A stretch of DNA of 64,000 bases from Eledone cirrhosa (GCA_964016885.1 OZ024762.1:11346001-11410000); one strand, 5' to 3'. Shown: positions 13,800 to 29,112, counted from the first letter of the stretch. Numbers and translations: made by a program. Notes: generated by a model from the sequence alone, not told the origin.

Positions 13800-14035
13800 C
13801 TGTGTGTGACAGCTCACACCTATGCAGGTTTAGCTGGCCTCCTCCAAGGTATATCTCGTTGGAGGTGTCTTGGGCGATTTAATGATAGGGACCCCAGTCC
13901 TTTCATCTCATTTCTACAGCTGAGTAAACTGGAGCAACGTGAAATAAAGTGTCTTGCTCAAGGACACAACACATCATCCGATCCAAGAATTGAACTCACA
14001 ACCTTTCGATTGCAAGCCCAATGCTCTAACCACTG
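13800..14035 (-). mobile_element. CORE-SINE family B head with an alternative tail
   Basis: Same head and core up to ggtccctatcatt, then a different tail homologous to the 62.4-63.5 kb minisatellite unit. Confidence 0.75.
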
Positions 14036-14113
14036 ACAAGTTTAATCAATATTGTCGTTTCAACTTCCACTTTCCCTGCTATTAAGTTCTTTATTATAGA
14101 AAAAAATGATTAA

Positions 14114-14386
14114 CCCTTTAGCATTTAAACCAGCTGTATTTGGCCAGAATTCTCCTACCTCTATCTGTTCAAACCAGCTGTAACTGGTCACTCATACTGA
14201 TGTTAAGGTATTGTTCTCAAAATAAATATTATCAAAATCACATAGATTCAATATTATGTGAGATAAAGTGTTTACCATGAAAATACAATAGTAAATATAG
14301 AGTAATGTAAATGTTATGCGAGATATGTGAGATATGTGAGATATGTGAGATATGTGAAAATATAAAGTAGTGTAAATGCTAAAGGG
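14114..14386. mobile_element. piggyBac-like MITE
   Basis: TTAA|CCCTTTAGCATTTA...AATGCTAAAGGG|TTAA with internal gagatatgt repeats. Confidence 0.85.
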
Positions 14387-14462
14387 TTAATCTGGTCACA
14401 TTTCACAAAGGTTTTACAACTAATTCTCCTTCTACTTCAAATAAACTGTGACATGTACAATA

Positions 14463-14842
14463 GAGGGTCAAGACCACAGAAATTGGATCAAATATAAGGG
14501 TATGTTTAGTAATCGAGGGTCAAGACCACAGAAATTGGATCAAATATAAGGGTATGTTTAGTAATCGAGGGTCAAGACCACAGAAATTGGATCAAATATA
14601 AGGGTATGTTTAGTAATCGAGGGTCAAGACCACAGAAATTGGATCAAATATAAAGGTATGTTTAGTAATCGAGGGTCAAGACCACAGAAATTGGGTTAAA
14701 CATAGGGTCTGTTTAGTAATAGAGTCAGGACCACATAAATTGGGTTAAACATAGGGGTCTGTTTAGTAATAGAGTCAGGACCACAGAAATTGGGTCAAAA
14801 CATAAGGGTATGTTTAGTAATGGAGGGTCGGGATCACAGAAA
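14463..14842. repeat. ~7 x 52-bp minisatellite
   Basis: Unit gagggtcaagaccacagaaattggatcaaatataagggtatgtttagtaatc (starts 14463, 14515, ...). Confidence 0.92.
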
Positions 14843-15449
14843 ATAACTGAAAGGGCCAGCTTTGTCCCACACTGTGATACACTGAATCTTCTGAAGGACC
14901 ACTTAAAGAGTGTATAGTCTGTGGAATACTCAGCCCCTTGCATGTAAACAACTGGAATACTTGTTCTCAAATCAAAGTCCTCAAGAAAATTTTATTAACT
15001 GTTTATTAGTGTGTTTTCAGGAAAAGAGTGTAATGTTGCAAAATAGTTTAGGAGAGGAAGTTTAAGTTGATACGTTAAAAAACTGATTAAACTGGACACA
15101 TTTCTCAAAGGTTTTACAACTTATTCTCCTTCTACTTCAAATAAGCTGCGACATGTACAATAAACTGTCTTGCTCTGGCAAAATACACAGAAACACCTAC
15201 AGTGGATTTCAACTGACTGTCCACCAACTGTTAATCCTATACACTATTATTATTCACAAAGTTACTCTGTCTTTACAAATATTGATTTAACAATGAATTT
15301 GTTCTTGTAAGGTAGGTAGTGTTGGTGCCATAAAAATACTCCCAGCACATACTGTAAAATGGTTAGTGTTACGAGAGACATATAGCCATAGAAAACCAAG
15401 CCAGAAATGGTACATATGAGCTGCCTTATCCTCATAACATTATATGGAT

Positions 15450-15812
15450 TAGCAGTATCGGTAGAGGGTTAGACGCCATGCTTTCCAGCATAGTTACGTT
15501 CCTTTACGGTCTGAGTTCAAATCCCGCCGAGGTTAACTTTGCCTTTCATCCTTACGGGGTCGATAAAATAAAGTACCAGTAATGTACTGGTTAATTGCTG
15601 GCCTTGTGCCTAAAGTAGAAACAATTATATGGTAATATTGGTAGAGGGTCGGACACCATGCTTTCCAGCATAGAGTTAGAGCCCTGTATGGTCTGAGTTC
15701 AAATCCTGCCGAGGTTAACTTTGCCTTTCATCCTTACATAGGTCGATAAAATAAAGTATCGGTAATGCACTGGAATAATTGCTGGCCTTGTGCCAAAAGT
15801 AGAAACAATTAT
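15450..15812 (+). mobile_element. Head-to-tail dimer of SINE family A
   Basis: Two consecutive ~180-bp copies. Confidence 0.85.
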
Positions 15813-16448
15813 AATTCGTCTCACCCATACAGGCAAAGAATATAGACTTTAACTCTTTAGCATTTACATTCATCTATATTTACTATTGTATTTTCACATA
15901 ATTATCCCACATAATATCCTGGTGGAGTTGTAGAACACACATATGTTGAGCCCATCCCTACTCCAAGTTTAAACAGAGTCAATTTCTTCAGAAGAGAGAG
16001 TAACATTCCTATGTTGGCAATGAAATGATTGATAATTAAAATAAATCTGTCTTAACCCTTTAGCATTTAAACCGGCCATATCCGGCCAGAATTCTTTCAC
16101 CTCTTTTTGTTCAAACCGGCTGTAACCGGCCACTCATACTGATGTTAAGGTATTGTTCTCAAAGTAAATAATATCAAAATCTCGTAGCTTCGATATTATG
16201 TGAGATAATTATGTAAGGTAAAGACTTTACCATGAAAATACAATAGTATATATGTCTTCCTGTCCCCTGAATTTCATCAGAAATATGGTCACAAATGAAT
16301 CAACCCTTTTGATACCAAAACCACCTGAAACCCCACCTGGTTCTATGATACAAAACTTTATTTCAAAGTGTTTAAATTTACCTAAAAACCTTCCATCATA
16401 ATTATATGTAAGAATCTTTGTTAAGTTATGCTCCAAACATCAGCTTAA

Positions 16449-16863
16449 CCCTTTAGTATTTACATTACTCTATATTTACTATTGTATTTTCATAGTAAAC
16501 ACTTTATCTCATATAATTATCTCACATAATATAGAATCTACAAGATTTTGATATTAACCCTTTAGTATTCACATTACTCGATATATATACTATTATATTT
16601 TCATGGTAAAGGCTTTACCTCACATAATTATCTCACATAATATCAAATCTATGAGCATTTATTTTGAGAACAATATCTTAACATCGGTTTGAGCGACCAG
16701 TTACAGCCAGTTTCAACAGAAAGAGGTAGAGAATTCTGGCCGGTTTTGGCCGGTTTGACCATTAAAGGGTTAACATGAGTCTGAGCAGCCGGTTACAGCT
16801 GGCTTGAACAGAAAGGAGTGAGAGAATTCTGGCCGGATATAGCCAGTTTAAATTGCTAAAGAG
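16449..16863. mobile_element. piggyBac-like MITE containing a second nested MITE (16558-16769)
   Basis: Inner copy flanked by TTAA at 16554-16557 and 16770-16773. Confidence 0.8.
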
Positions 16864-17364
16864 TTAATGATTTCTAATTTAGGCACAAGGCCAGAAAACT
16901 TTGGGGCTAGGGCAAATTTGATTACACCAATCCTGGAACTTCACTAGCACTTTATTTTATTGACCCCAGGAGGATGAAAGGCAAAGTTAACCTTGGCGGG
17001 ATTTGAATACAGAGCGTAAAGGGCTGTAACTCTATGCTGCAAAACATACTGTCTGACACTACTGATACTGCCAATAATAGCCAGTGAGGTGACTGGGTGT
17101 GATTAATGAGCTAACAGATTACTGTGAGGAGGACAAAGTGTAGTGTGATCTGGAGTGAAGTGGGGCTGCGGTTGAGTGAACTCGAGTAGAGTGGAGTGCG
17201 GCTACTGTGAGATGTGGGTGGAGTAGAGTGGAGTGTGTGTGCCCAGTGGGAGTGGAGTGGAATGTGGGAGTGGGAGTGGAGTGGAATGTGGGAGTGGAGT
17301 GGAATGTGGAGAGACATTATCAAATATGAAACAAACAATGTTAGAGATTGTGAGAGTTGAGGCT

Positions 17365-19195
<1,831 letters not shown>

Positions 19196-19722
19196 ATCTT
19201 GGCATATCTTACACACTGCAGAAAGCTCTTCTTATCTACAGCCACCTAACAGGTCTCAATTGAAGACTAAAGACACCTCCTTACTTCACTGGGAGGAGAG
19301 AGTGTAACAAGGGTGATAAGAAGGTCAGGAGTGTATTGATAAGTGTGGTGGAGTGATGGGGATTTTAAAAAATGGTGGATGAGGGCGGAGAGAGATGGGG
19401 AGAAGGTGACCTCTGGTAGTGAGGGGTAGTCCATGGCTTGCTATGATGTTACAGAGAGGGGTGTGGGGCTGGGGTAGTGTTTTAAGATAGGTATGTTACA
19501 AAGGTGTGTGAGTTAGGACTGGAATGCTAGGATTGTAGCAGTTGAGGGTAATCCTGGCTAGGGTTATGAACCAGGGTAGAATGTGGTGGCCTGAGATTCT
19601 GGTGATAACAGTTACTAATGGGGGAAGGATTTGCAGATTTTAGCCAGTGTTAGGGATTTAAGGGCAGATTGGGGGGGGGGGGGGGTAGAGTAAAGAATTT
19701 GGATTGAGGGAATATGTCTATA

Positions 19723-19767
<45 letters not shown>

Positions 19768-20419
19768 TACTTAGGGAGGGTCATATTTGTGTAATAATAT
19801 TGTCAGAATTAATAACAGAACACACTCACTGTTTGGTTGGGTTTCGCTTCTGTATCTTTTATATCGGTTAATTTAATTTATTCGGTCCTCAATGTTACCA
19901 TTGACTGACCAACGGTCAAAAATATAGATACAATATAGACACAAACACATATATATAGTCTAACAAACTTCTTTCATTGCACATCTGCAACATCATCAGT
20001 GGTACTATTATGTTTCCTCCCGTTGCATTGTATGTCTACGCCATCTTTATTTAGTCTGTTTATTTATATATATATATATAAGCAAAGGGATATTTAATTT
20101 CTTATCCAGGTAAAACTTGATGTTTTGTTTCTCTTTGGTTTAGTGTATTAGTTACATTAATGAATTAGTTACATTTGTTCGGGTGTGTCAGTGTTCACAA
20201 TTTTGTGCTTCACAGTCCTACTTGCTTTGTTTGGGTATGTAATTCAACAAAAGCTACATTCTTTGTTGAATCACTCATCTGAAGAACAGATCGATAATGG
20301 GGTCAGGTCTATAAATTCTATGGGAGACCTTGAGCCAATCCTCTGAGAAACACACATAACAGGTTGAGACAATAAAAAAACTAACTACATGTAAACAAAA
20401 CTTCATTATTTTCCTTAAT

Positions 20420-20717
20420 ATCATCATCAAGGGTGGGACGGGAACTGATTCTGGCTTGATTTCTACAGCTGGATGCCCTTCCTAACACCAACATCATTTA
20501 CAGTGAGTGCTGGGTGCTTTTTTGCCGTGGTGCTTCCATGACCACTTTGCAGTGGAATGATAGGGACCCCTGTCCCTATCATCTCATTTCTACAGCTGAG
20601 TAAACTGGAGCAATGTGAAATACAGTGTCTTGCTCAAGGAAACAACACATCACCCGGTCTGAGAATTGAACTCACAACCTTTCGATTGCAAGGCCAATGC
20701 TCTAACCACTAAGCCAT
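20420..20717 (-). mobile_element. CORE-SINE family B
   Basis: Matches 9775-10083. Confidence 0.85.
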
Positions 20718-21290
20718 ATATATATACATATACATAAAAATATAGTCACCATAATACAGATAACTATAATAATAGTTGAATAAATTGGGTATAGTACCAT
20801 TGGTGACAGTAAAAAGATGCATACATCCAAAACAGTTGAAAGAGTGAAATGTTTATACATAAAGAAAGGCTACCCAAAAGCATGTGCTGATTATATTTTT
20901 GCAGAGGATGATGAGAATAGAGTCAGTGGTGAATGTTGAGGAGAAATGGAATGAGATGGTTGAGTCATGTGTTGAGGAAGAGTGACAGTGACAGGGTGAG
21001 AGGAACAGAGCTAATTTAATAATTGTTTCTACTTTTTGGCACAAGGCCAGCAATTACCCAGTACATTACCGGTACTTTATTTTATCGACCCTGTAAGGGT
21101 GAAAGGCAAAGTTAACCAAGCCAGAATCAGTTCCCGTCCCACCCTTGCAAGTAGGGAAAAGCAGACGTTAAATGATGATGATGATGATGATGATATATAT
21201 GTAAAAGGTAAACAGAAATAACAACACAATCGGTACAGTATATGAAAGGGATATATTAGGTTAACGCTTGATATAGCAGGAAGAGGAGGG

Positions 21291-21326
21291 TCTTAACATT
21301 TCAGACGCTAGTCCTTCATCATAAGA
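21291..21326 (-). ncRNA. Decayed Penelope-type minimal hammerhead (H10)
   Basis: tctt-ATGATGA-a ggac tagc gtct-GAAA-tgt-t-aaga. C3 is mutated and the acgt palindrome has decayed. Confidence 0.45.
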
Positions 21327-21678
21327 AAGAATGAGAAATAAAGTAGATTGAGGGGAGAGGCGGGGTGGAATTGGAAAAACTGTCTATAGATAAAAATAAC
21401 AGGTCCATTCATGTTGACATCCCTTATATATATATGTATGTATATAACCAAAATTAAATTAAGGGTGTCATGTCTGAGAGACATGTATGTATATATATAT
21501 ATATCATATATATATATATGTGTGTCATCATCATCATCGTTTAATGTCCATCTTCCCCGCTAGCATTGGTTAGACAGGAATTGTCCCACTTGAGGCAAGA
21601 TTGGTCGAGTGACCGTGTCTCGCTCTTATAGGACTATCTGGCAGGTTTTCTACGGCTGGTTGCCCTTCCTAACACCAA

Positions 21679-21708
<30 letters not shown>

Positions 21709-21714
<6 letters not shown>

Positions 21715-21992
21715 CAAAGTGCAGGGCAATAAAGATAGACGGTAGCCACGGAATAGGCAGACCCAGAAAAACCTGGGACGAGCTGATAAATTCCGACCTC
21801 ACACACTTACACCTCACCAAGACAATGTCACTGGACCGAGACCTTTGGCGGTACTCAGTAATAGAGAAGACCCGCCTTACCTAAATACAAAGTAAAACCT
21901 ACTACAGTCAGTAGGCATCTCTAACAAAATACACCCCCCGTCCCACCACCCCCACCCCATCCACACCACCCCGTTCTATGTAAAGTTATGTT
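21709..21992 (+). mobile_element. RTE-a 3' fragment fused directly upstream of the long RTE-a copy
   Basis: Near-identical to ~24012-24292 and ~27858-28153 (ITKCRAIKIDGSHG...KTRLT* plus start of 3' UTR). Confidence 0.9.
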
Positions 21993-24574
21993 CTTCCTAC
22001 AGTAAGGAAGAACATTTAGAGTCGGACAATATAGAGGGAGAGTGGGAATTTCTGAAAGCAAACCTGCTGTTGGCGACAGACGAAGTCTGTGGCTGGAGCA
22101 GGCCTGTAGGCAGGAGGAGAGTAACATGGTGGTGGAACAGTAAGGTGGAGGGGTCAATTAAGGCCAAAAAGCAGGCTTGGAAAGTATGGCGGGATGGGGG
22201 AAGTAGAGAAGACTATCAAGTGGCCAGGAGGGAAGCTAGGAGACAAGTGTACTTAGCAAGAAGGGAAGCTGAGGAAAGAAAGTTCAAGCATGTTCTACAA
22301 CGCGATGACCAAAAACGTGAGGTGTTCAGGATTGCTAGGCAATGCGTCAAGGAAAACCGTGATATTGTCGGGGAGAAGTGTGTACTAAACGACGATGGCA
22401 CACTTGCCATCACCGACGCTGATAAGAAGGTAGCTTGGAAGTGTCACTATGAAAGGCTACTAAATGAGGAGAATAAATGGGAGAAAGACAGTCTCCCCCA
22501 TATCGACCCAATAGAGGGACCAGCAGTGTTAGTCGAGGGGAGTATAATAAGTAAGGCAATCAAGGATATGAAGACGGGTAAGGCGGCTGGGCCTTCGGAA
22601 ATAGTTGCTGAGATGCTGAAGGCATCTGGCACGGTGGGACACACCATGGTCACCCGCATAGTTAACCAAGTCGTACAGAATGGGGTTGTTCCGAAGGACT
22701 GGCATAGCAGCATCATCGTTAACTGTTATAAGGGTAAAGGAGACGCCCTAGATAGGAGTAACTATAGAGGCATTAAATTAATCGACCAGGTCATGAAGGT
22801 CACGGAAAAAGTAATAGCGCAACTAATCAGAGAGAGAATTGACCTAGATGAAATGCAGTTCGGGTTTGTGTCAGGCAAAAGTACCACAGACGCTCTTTTC
22901 ATTGTACGACAACTACAGGAGAAGTACCTAGCTAAAGGTAAACCCCTCTACTTAGCTTTTGTCGACTTGGAGAAAGCCTTCGACAGAGTCCCCCGCTCCA
23001 TTATCTGGTGGGCTCTTAGAAAACTAGGCGTTGACGAATGGCTTGTGAGGGCTATACAAGCCATGTATAAAGAAACAGTCAGCAAGGTTAGAATTAACAA
23101 CAAATATAGTGAAGAGTTTAGCGTAAAAGTTGGCGTCCATCAGGGCTCTGTTCTCAGCCCACTACTATTTATTATTGCCCTTCAGGCTATAACAGAGGAG
23201 TTCAAGACAGGCTGCCCATGGGAACTCCTATACGCAGACGACCTGACACTCATAGCGGAATCAATGGCCGAGCTAGAGAAGAAATTCCAAACATGGAAGC
23301 ACGGCCTAGAGTCAAAAGGACTTAAAATTAACCTGGCTAAGACCAAAGTACTAGTTTGTAGGAAAGAAAACAAGGCGGCGGTCCCTTCTGGGAAATGGTC
23401 GTGCTCGGTGTGTAGGAAAGGCGTAGGTAGAAACTCCATTTTATGTCCTAAATGCAAAGTATGGGTGCATAAAAGATGTAGTGGGATCACAGGTAAGCTA
23501 ACTAAGAACATAGATTTTACATGTGGCCGGTGCTCTGGTGCAATAAGTAGCAGCAAGTGCCCACAAAATACTAGCTCTTTCAATTGCGCAGAGGGTTCTA
23601 TAGAAATAGTGGACAGCTTCCGTTACCTGGGCGATAAAATCAGCAGTGGGGGAGGGTGCTCTGAAAGTACTGTAGCTAGAGTCAGAACTGGTTGGAAAAA
23701 GTTCAGAGAGCTTATACCACTATTAGCTGCTAAAGGGTTCTCCCTAAAAATGAAAGGCAGGTTGTACGATGCCTGCATACGAACAGCAATGCTGCATGGC
23801 AGTGAGACCTGGGCATTGTGTGCAGAGGATATACGCAGACTAGAGAGGAACGAAGCTTGCATGCTCCGCTGGATGTGTAACAGTAATATACGTGAACGGC
23901 AAAGCATAAACGAACTAAGGAAAAAATTAGAGATAAGAGGGATCAGATGTTGTTTACTCGAGAGAAGGCTACGTTGGTATGGACACGTGATGCGCATGAA
24001 AGTCGATAGCTGTATAACAAAGTGCAGGGCAATAAAGATAGACGGTAGTCACGGAATAGGCAGACCTAGAAAAACCTGGGACGAGCTGATAAACTCCGAC
24101 ATCACACACTTACACCTCTCCAAGACAATGTCACTGGACCGAGACCTTTGGCGGTACTCAGTAACAGAGAAGACCCGCCTTACCTAAATATATAGTAAAA
24201 CCTACTCCAGCCAGTAGGCATCTCTAACAAAATACACCCCGCCCCACCACCCCCACCCCATCCACACCACCCCGTTCTATGTAAAGTTATGTTGGTGCCG
24301 CGCCATCGAGGCCGAAACAAATGAGATCGTGTAGGTGTCACGACAAAAAAACACACAGTCCACGCTGTAATGTGGCCGTGTAGGCAACACGGTAAAAACC
24401 TCCCAGACCCACACTGTAAATGTGGTTGGTGTTAGGAAGGGCATCCAACTGTAGGAAACCTGCCAGACAGTCCTATGCGAGCAAGACAATCACTCTTGCC
24501 TCAAGTGGGACTACCCCCGTCCAAACCCATGCAAGCGTGGAACACGGACGTTAAACGTTGATGATGATGATGAT
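21993..24574 (+). mobile_element. RTE-clade non-LTR retrotransposon, 5'-truncated (family RTE-a)
   Basis: Uninterrupted ORF with RT motifs ([39 protein letters not shown]) and an RTE C-terminus ([18 protein letters not shown]). 3' UTR ends in (GAT)n. No endonuclease domain present. Confidence 0.95.
22070..24187 (+). CDS. RTE ORF2 remnant: reverse transcriptase + PHD-like finger (no APE domain; listed start is TTG, not a real initiation codon)
   Basis: 705-aa open frame with YADD and CSVC-x10-CPKC-x4-H-x2-C-x14-CGRC. Confidence 0.88.
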   Translation: MATDEVCGWSRPVGRRRVTWWWNSKVEGSIKAKKQAWKVWRDGGSREDYQVARREARRQVYLARREAEERKFKHVLQRDDQKREVFRIARQCVKENRDIVGEKCVLNDDGTLAITDADKKVAWKCHYERLLNEENKWEKDSLPHIDPIEGPAVLVEGSIISKAIKDMKTGKAAGPSEIVAEMLKASGTVGHTMVTRIVNQVVQNGVVPKDWHSSIIVNCYKGKGDALDRSNYRGIKLIDQVMKVTEKVIAQLIRERIDLDEMQFGFVSGKSTTDALFIVRQLQEKYLAKGKPLYLAFVDLEKAFDRVPRSIIWWALRKLGVDEWLVRAIQAMYKETVSKVRINNKYSEEFSVKVGVHQGSVLSPLLFIIALQAITEEFKTGCPWELLYADDLTLIAESMAELEKKFQTWKHGLESKGLKINLAKTKVLVCRKENKAAVPSGKWSCSVCRKGVGRNSILCPKCKVWVHKRCSGITGKLTKNIDFTCGRCSGAISSSKCPQNTSSFNCAEGSIEIVDSFRYLGDKISSGGGCSESTVARVRTGWKKFRELIPLLAAKGFSLKMKGRLYDACIRTAMLHGSETWALCAEDIRRLERNEACMLRWMCNSNIRERQSINELRKKLEIRGIRCCLLERRLRWYGHVMRMKVDSCITKCRAIKIDGSHGIGRPRKTWDELINSDITHLHLSKTMSLDRDLWRYSVTEKTRLT

Positions 24575-24588
24575 ATATATATATATTG

Positions 24589-24659
<71 letters not shown>

Positions 24660-25136
24660 TATTTATGCAGCAGATATAAGTTTCTACATCGAGTTAGTCA
24701 ACAACTGACTTGTGTAACGTAAGCCACCACTTGCTACTACGAAGCCACCATCACTTGTCTACTACCACTATACAATAAACCAAATGGAATTTCTTTCTTT
24801 TCTTTTTTTTTCATAAGAAAAGAACAAAAATAGAACGTATAAAGAAGGTTGTCCTAGTTGAACCGCATGCCTGAACACAACACCCACATTATTCGACAGG
24901 AAGGCAGCCACATATGAATAAGAGACTTACATAACAAAAAAACACAACCCAATGGCAGTTCTTAGTTAACTGATGATATTAACCTGCCCTAGTGGTCTAT
25001 AAACGAACGTTAGTGGAGCATATTAACTTAGAGTTAGCTGGGTGAGTGAGTCACTGATGTTTTAAAAGTTAAACAAGTTTCAATGAATAAATCAAAGAAT
25101 GAGTTTTACAATAGATTGGAATCACTCAACAAATGG

Positions 25137-25195
<59 letters not shown>

Positions 25196-25345
25196 GTGAG
25201 GTTTTTTTTACAAAATGAAAAATAACCGTAAAAGGAAAAGAAAATGCTGACAAATTTTTCCCAGTGAAAGATAGTTTAATTAGTAATAAGTATTGGTTAG
25301 TATTCAGTTTTAAGTTTTTACCGGTTGCGCATTTCTAATGCTTTT

Positions 25346-25389
<44 letters not shown>

Positions 25390-25540
25390 CAACTCTAGCT
25401 CATATATATATATATATATATATAAATTTGATTTCATATCTTTTATCTATAACATCTCTGTCTGACGACCGATCCAGACATATTATTTTCGTCTGTGATC
25501 CAAAAACGTTTGGTAATTATATTTTGTGTTGTTCACTTTC

Positions 25541-25603
<63 letters not shown>

Positions 25604-25655
25604 ATATATAAATTCAAAATATTAATAAATATAGACATTCAACGTATTCAAAATA

Positions 25656-25721
25656 TATTTTATTATATATATTTCGGAGGTAGTGTTCTGTTTTTTCAGT
25701 ACGTCCTCATCAGATAAAATA
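25656..25721 (-). ncRNA. Hammerhead motif (family H1, second copy)
   Basis: tattttat-CTGATGA-ggacgtactg...cactacctcc-GAAA-tatata-TA-ataaaata. The flanking ~170 bp is homologous to 2280-2450. Confidence 0.7.
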
Positions 25722-25905
25722 TATAAATTGATGTGTGACATACTTCAACTGTGCTGATGGTTCAATTCCAGTCTTGGCAGTGATTAATTACAACAAAACT
25801 CAATATTTATATACCATAAGTACCAACATGACAAAGCAAATATAATGGAGAGGGTGAGTAGGAGAGAGTGTAGAAAAAATAAATAAATACATAAAAAATA
25901 ATTAC

Positions 25906-25936
<31 letters not shown>

Positions 25937-26114
25937 GGAAAAGTGTCAAGACCCCGACGGCTGAGCTATATCCGAACAGTTCGGATCTAGCTGTCGAAAT
26001 GGACGGAGCTCAGCCGTCAGGGTCCTGACTCTTTTCCTATTACCCACTCTACTATCCTAAGTATTGAGTACTCTGGTGCATTATGGTCCACCTGATTTCT
26101 TACCACACTTCTTT

Positions 26115-26152
<38 letters not shown>

Positions 26153-26968
26153 TTTTATATATATATATATATATAAAATATTAGTAATAAACGAAAGATA
26201 TATACTTTATATCATCTCTATTTATTTCATTATATATATTTCGAAGATGTAAATGGACAGATCGATGACCACCAGGTATATATTTATATATATATATATA
26301 TATGTATATATATTAATTATATATATATATATATATAATTATGGGTGGGTCTCGGGAACTGACCACAGTTAGTAAAACGGTATTCATTACGTTTATGATT
26401 TCATATGAATGAAAAAGTTATAGAATGTATATATATATATAGGGGGAGAGGGAGAGAGAGAGAGGGGGGAGAGAGAGTGGGAGAGAGAGGCAGGGTAGGA
26501 TACATACAAGAGACCAATATATCTAACCTAGATTCTTTGATTTCTAGACGGAAGTTAACCACCAAATACATATTTGTTTCTAACCTTTGTTGTTTAACAT
26601 ATGTAAAAGTTATACGTCAATATGTAGGTTTGTTTGTATATATATAAATATATATATATATAAATATATAAATATAAATATATATATATAAATATATATA
26701 TAAATATATATATATATATAAATATATATATATAAATATATATATATAAATATATATATATAAATATATATATATAAATATATATATAAATATAAATATA
26801 TATATAAATATATATATAAATATAAATATATATATAAATATATATATAAATATAAATATATATATAAATATATATATAAATATATATATAAATATATATA
26901 TAAATATATATATAAATATAAATATAAATATAAATATAAATATATATATAAATATATATATAAATATA

Positions 26969-27246
<278 letters not shown>

Positions 27247-27478
27247 AATATATATATATATTTCGTTTCTGAATTTGTTTAGCAAGATTCTTTATCTGAA
27301 ATCGTGTGTTGAAACCGATATTGTTATACTTTGGGAGGGTCATGTTGCCAATAAGAAACACACGCACCAGTTGCTTTCACTTCAATTTAATTTATTATAT
27401 ATTTATAAATTTACAAATTTATAAATTTCTGGTTGGTTGGTTGGTTCCACAACCAGATAGTTGTTTATATATATATAT

Positions 27479-27523
27479 AGTCATAGTTCTTTCGTCACAC
27501 ACTCTGTGACCTCTTCAGTGACT
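27479..27523 (-). ncRNA. Minimal hammerhead motif (H3)
   Basis: agtca-CTGAAGA-g gtcaca gagtg tgtgac-GAAA-gaac-TA-tgact. Stems I and II pair perfectly. Confidence 0.72.
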
Positions 27524-27744
27524 GGGGATTTCTTTCTTCGTTTCTGTGCCTTTCCTTTCTTCTATCCTACGCCATTTTTGAAAAATGGCGTAGGATAGAA
27601 GAAAGTGCCATACTAAGAGTGAGAAATGAAATTTCGTTTTCATTTTGTTTCAATTTATAAATATATATATATATATATATAAATATATATATAAATATAT
27701 ATATATAAATATATATATAAATATATATATATATATAAATATAC

Positions 27745-28545
27745 TAAGCATAAACGAACTAAGGAAAAAATTAGAAATAAGAGGGATCAGATGTTGTTTA
27801 CTCGAGAGAAGGCTACGTTGGTACGGTCACGTGATGCGCATGAAAGACGACAGCTGTATAACAAAGTGCAGGGCAATAAAGATAGACGGTAGCCACGGAG
27901 TAGGCAGACCCAGAAAAACATGGGACGAGCTGATAAATTCCGACCTCACACACTTACACCTCTCCAAGACAATGTCACTGGACCGAGACCTTTGGCGGTA
28001 CTCAGTAATAGAGAAGACCCGCCTTACCTAAATACAAAGTAAAAACCTACTACACTCAGTAGGCATCTCTATCAACCCCCCCCCCCCGCCCACCACCCCC
28101 GTCCCACCACCTCCACCCCATCCACACCGCCCCTTTCAATGTAAAGTTATGTTGGTCCCACAACATCCAGGCCGAAACAAATGAGATCATGTAGGTGTCA
28201 CGACAAAAAAACACACAGTCCACGCTGTAAATGTGGCCGTGTAGGCAACACGGTAAAAACCTCCCAGCCCCACACTGTAAATGTGGTTGGTGTTAGGAAG
28301 GGCATCCAGCTGTAGAAAACCCGCCAGACAGTCCACGCTGTAATGTGGCCGTGTAGGCAACACGGTAAAAACCTCCCAGCCCCACACTGTAAATGTGGTT
28401 GGTGTTAGGAAGGGCATCCAACTGTAGAAAACCCGCCAGACAGTCCTATGCGAGCAAGACGACCACTCTTGCCTCAAGTGGGAAAACCCCCGTCCAAACC
28501 CATGCAAGCGTGGAACACGGACGCTAAACCTGATGATGATGATGA
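27745..28545 (+). mobile_element. RTE-a 3' end (ORF C-terminus + 3' UTR with internal duplication)
   Basis: SINELRKKLEIRGIRCC...KTRLT*, 3' UTR and (GAT)n tail, flanked by TA tracts. Confidence 0.92.
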
Positions 28546-28550
28546 TATAT

Positions 28551-28823
<273 letters not shown>

Positions 28824-28851
28824 AATATATATAAATATATATATATATATA

Positions 28852-28883
<32 letters not shown>

Positions 28884-28916
28884 AATATATATATATATAA
28901 ATATATATATATAAAT

Positions 28917-28947
<31 letters not shown>

Positions 28948-28982
28948 AATATATATATATATAAATATATATATATATAAAT

Positions 28983-29093
<111 letters not shown>

Positions 29094-29112
29094 AATATAT
29101 ATATATATAAAT

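Noticed and set aside
19200-21010. Purine-rich stretches (19200-19700, 20880-21010) possibly decayed LINE endonuclease on the minus strand
   Set aside because: Too degenerate to assign by eye.
22216-23997. Antisense ORFs within RTE elements (also 50107-51222)
   Set aside because: Shadow frames of the RT coding strand.
24964-25028. agttaa-CTGATGA...ttaact hammerhead candidate
   Set aside because: No GAAA at the required position. The candidates at 56093 and ~15985 also lack GAAA or stems, and 58011 pairs poorly.
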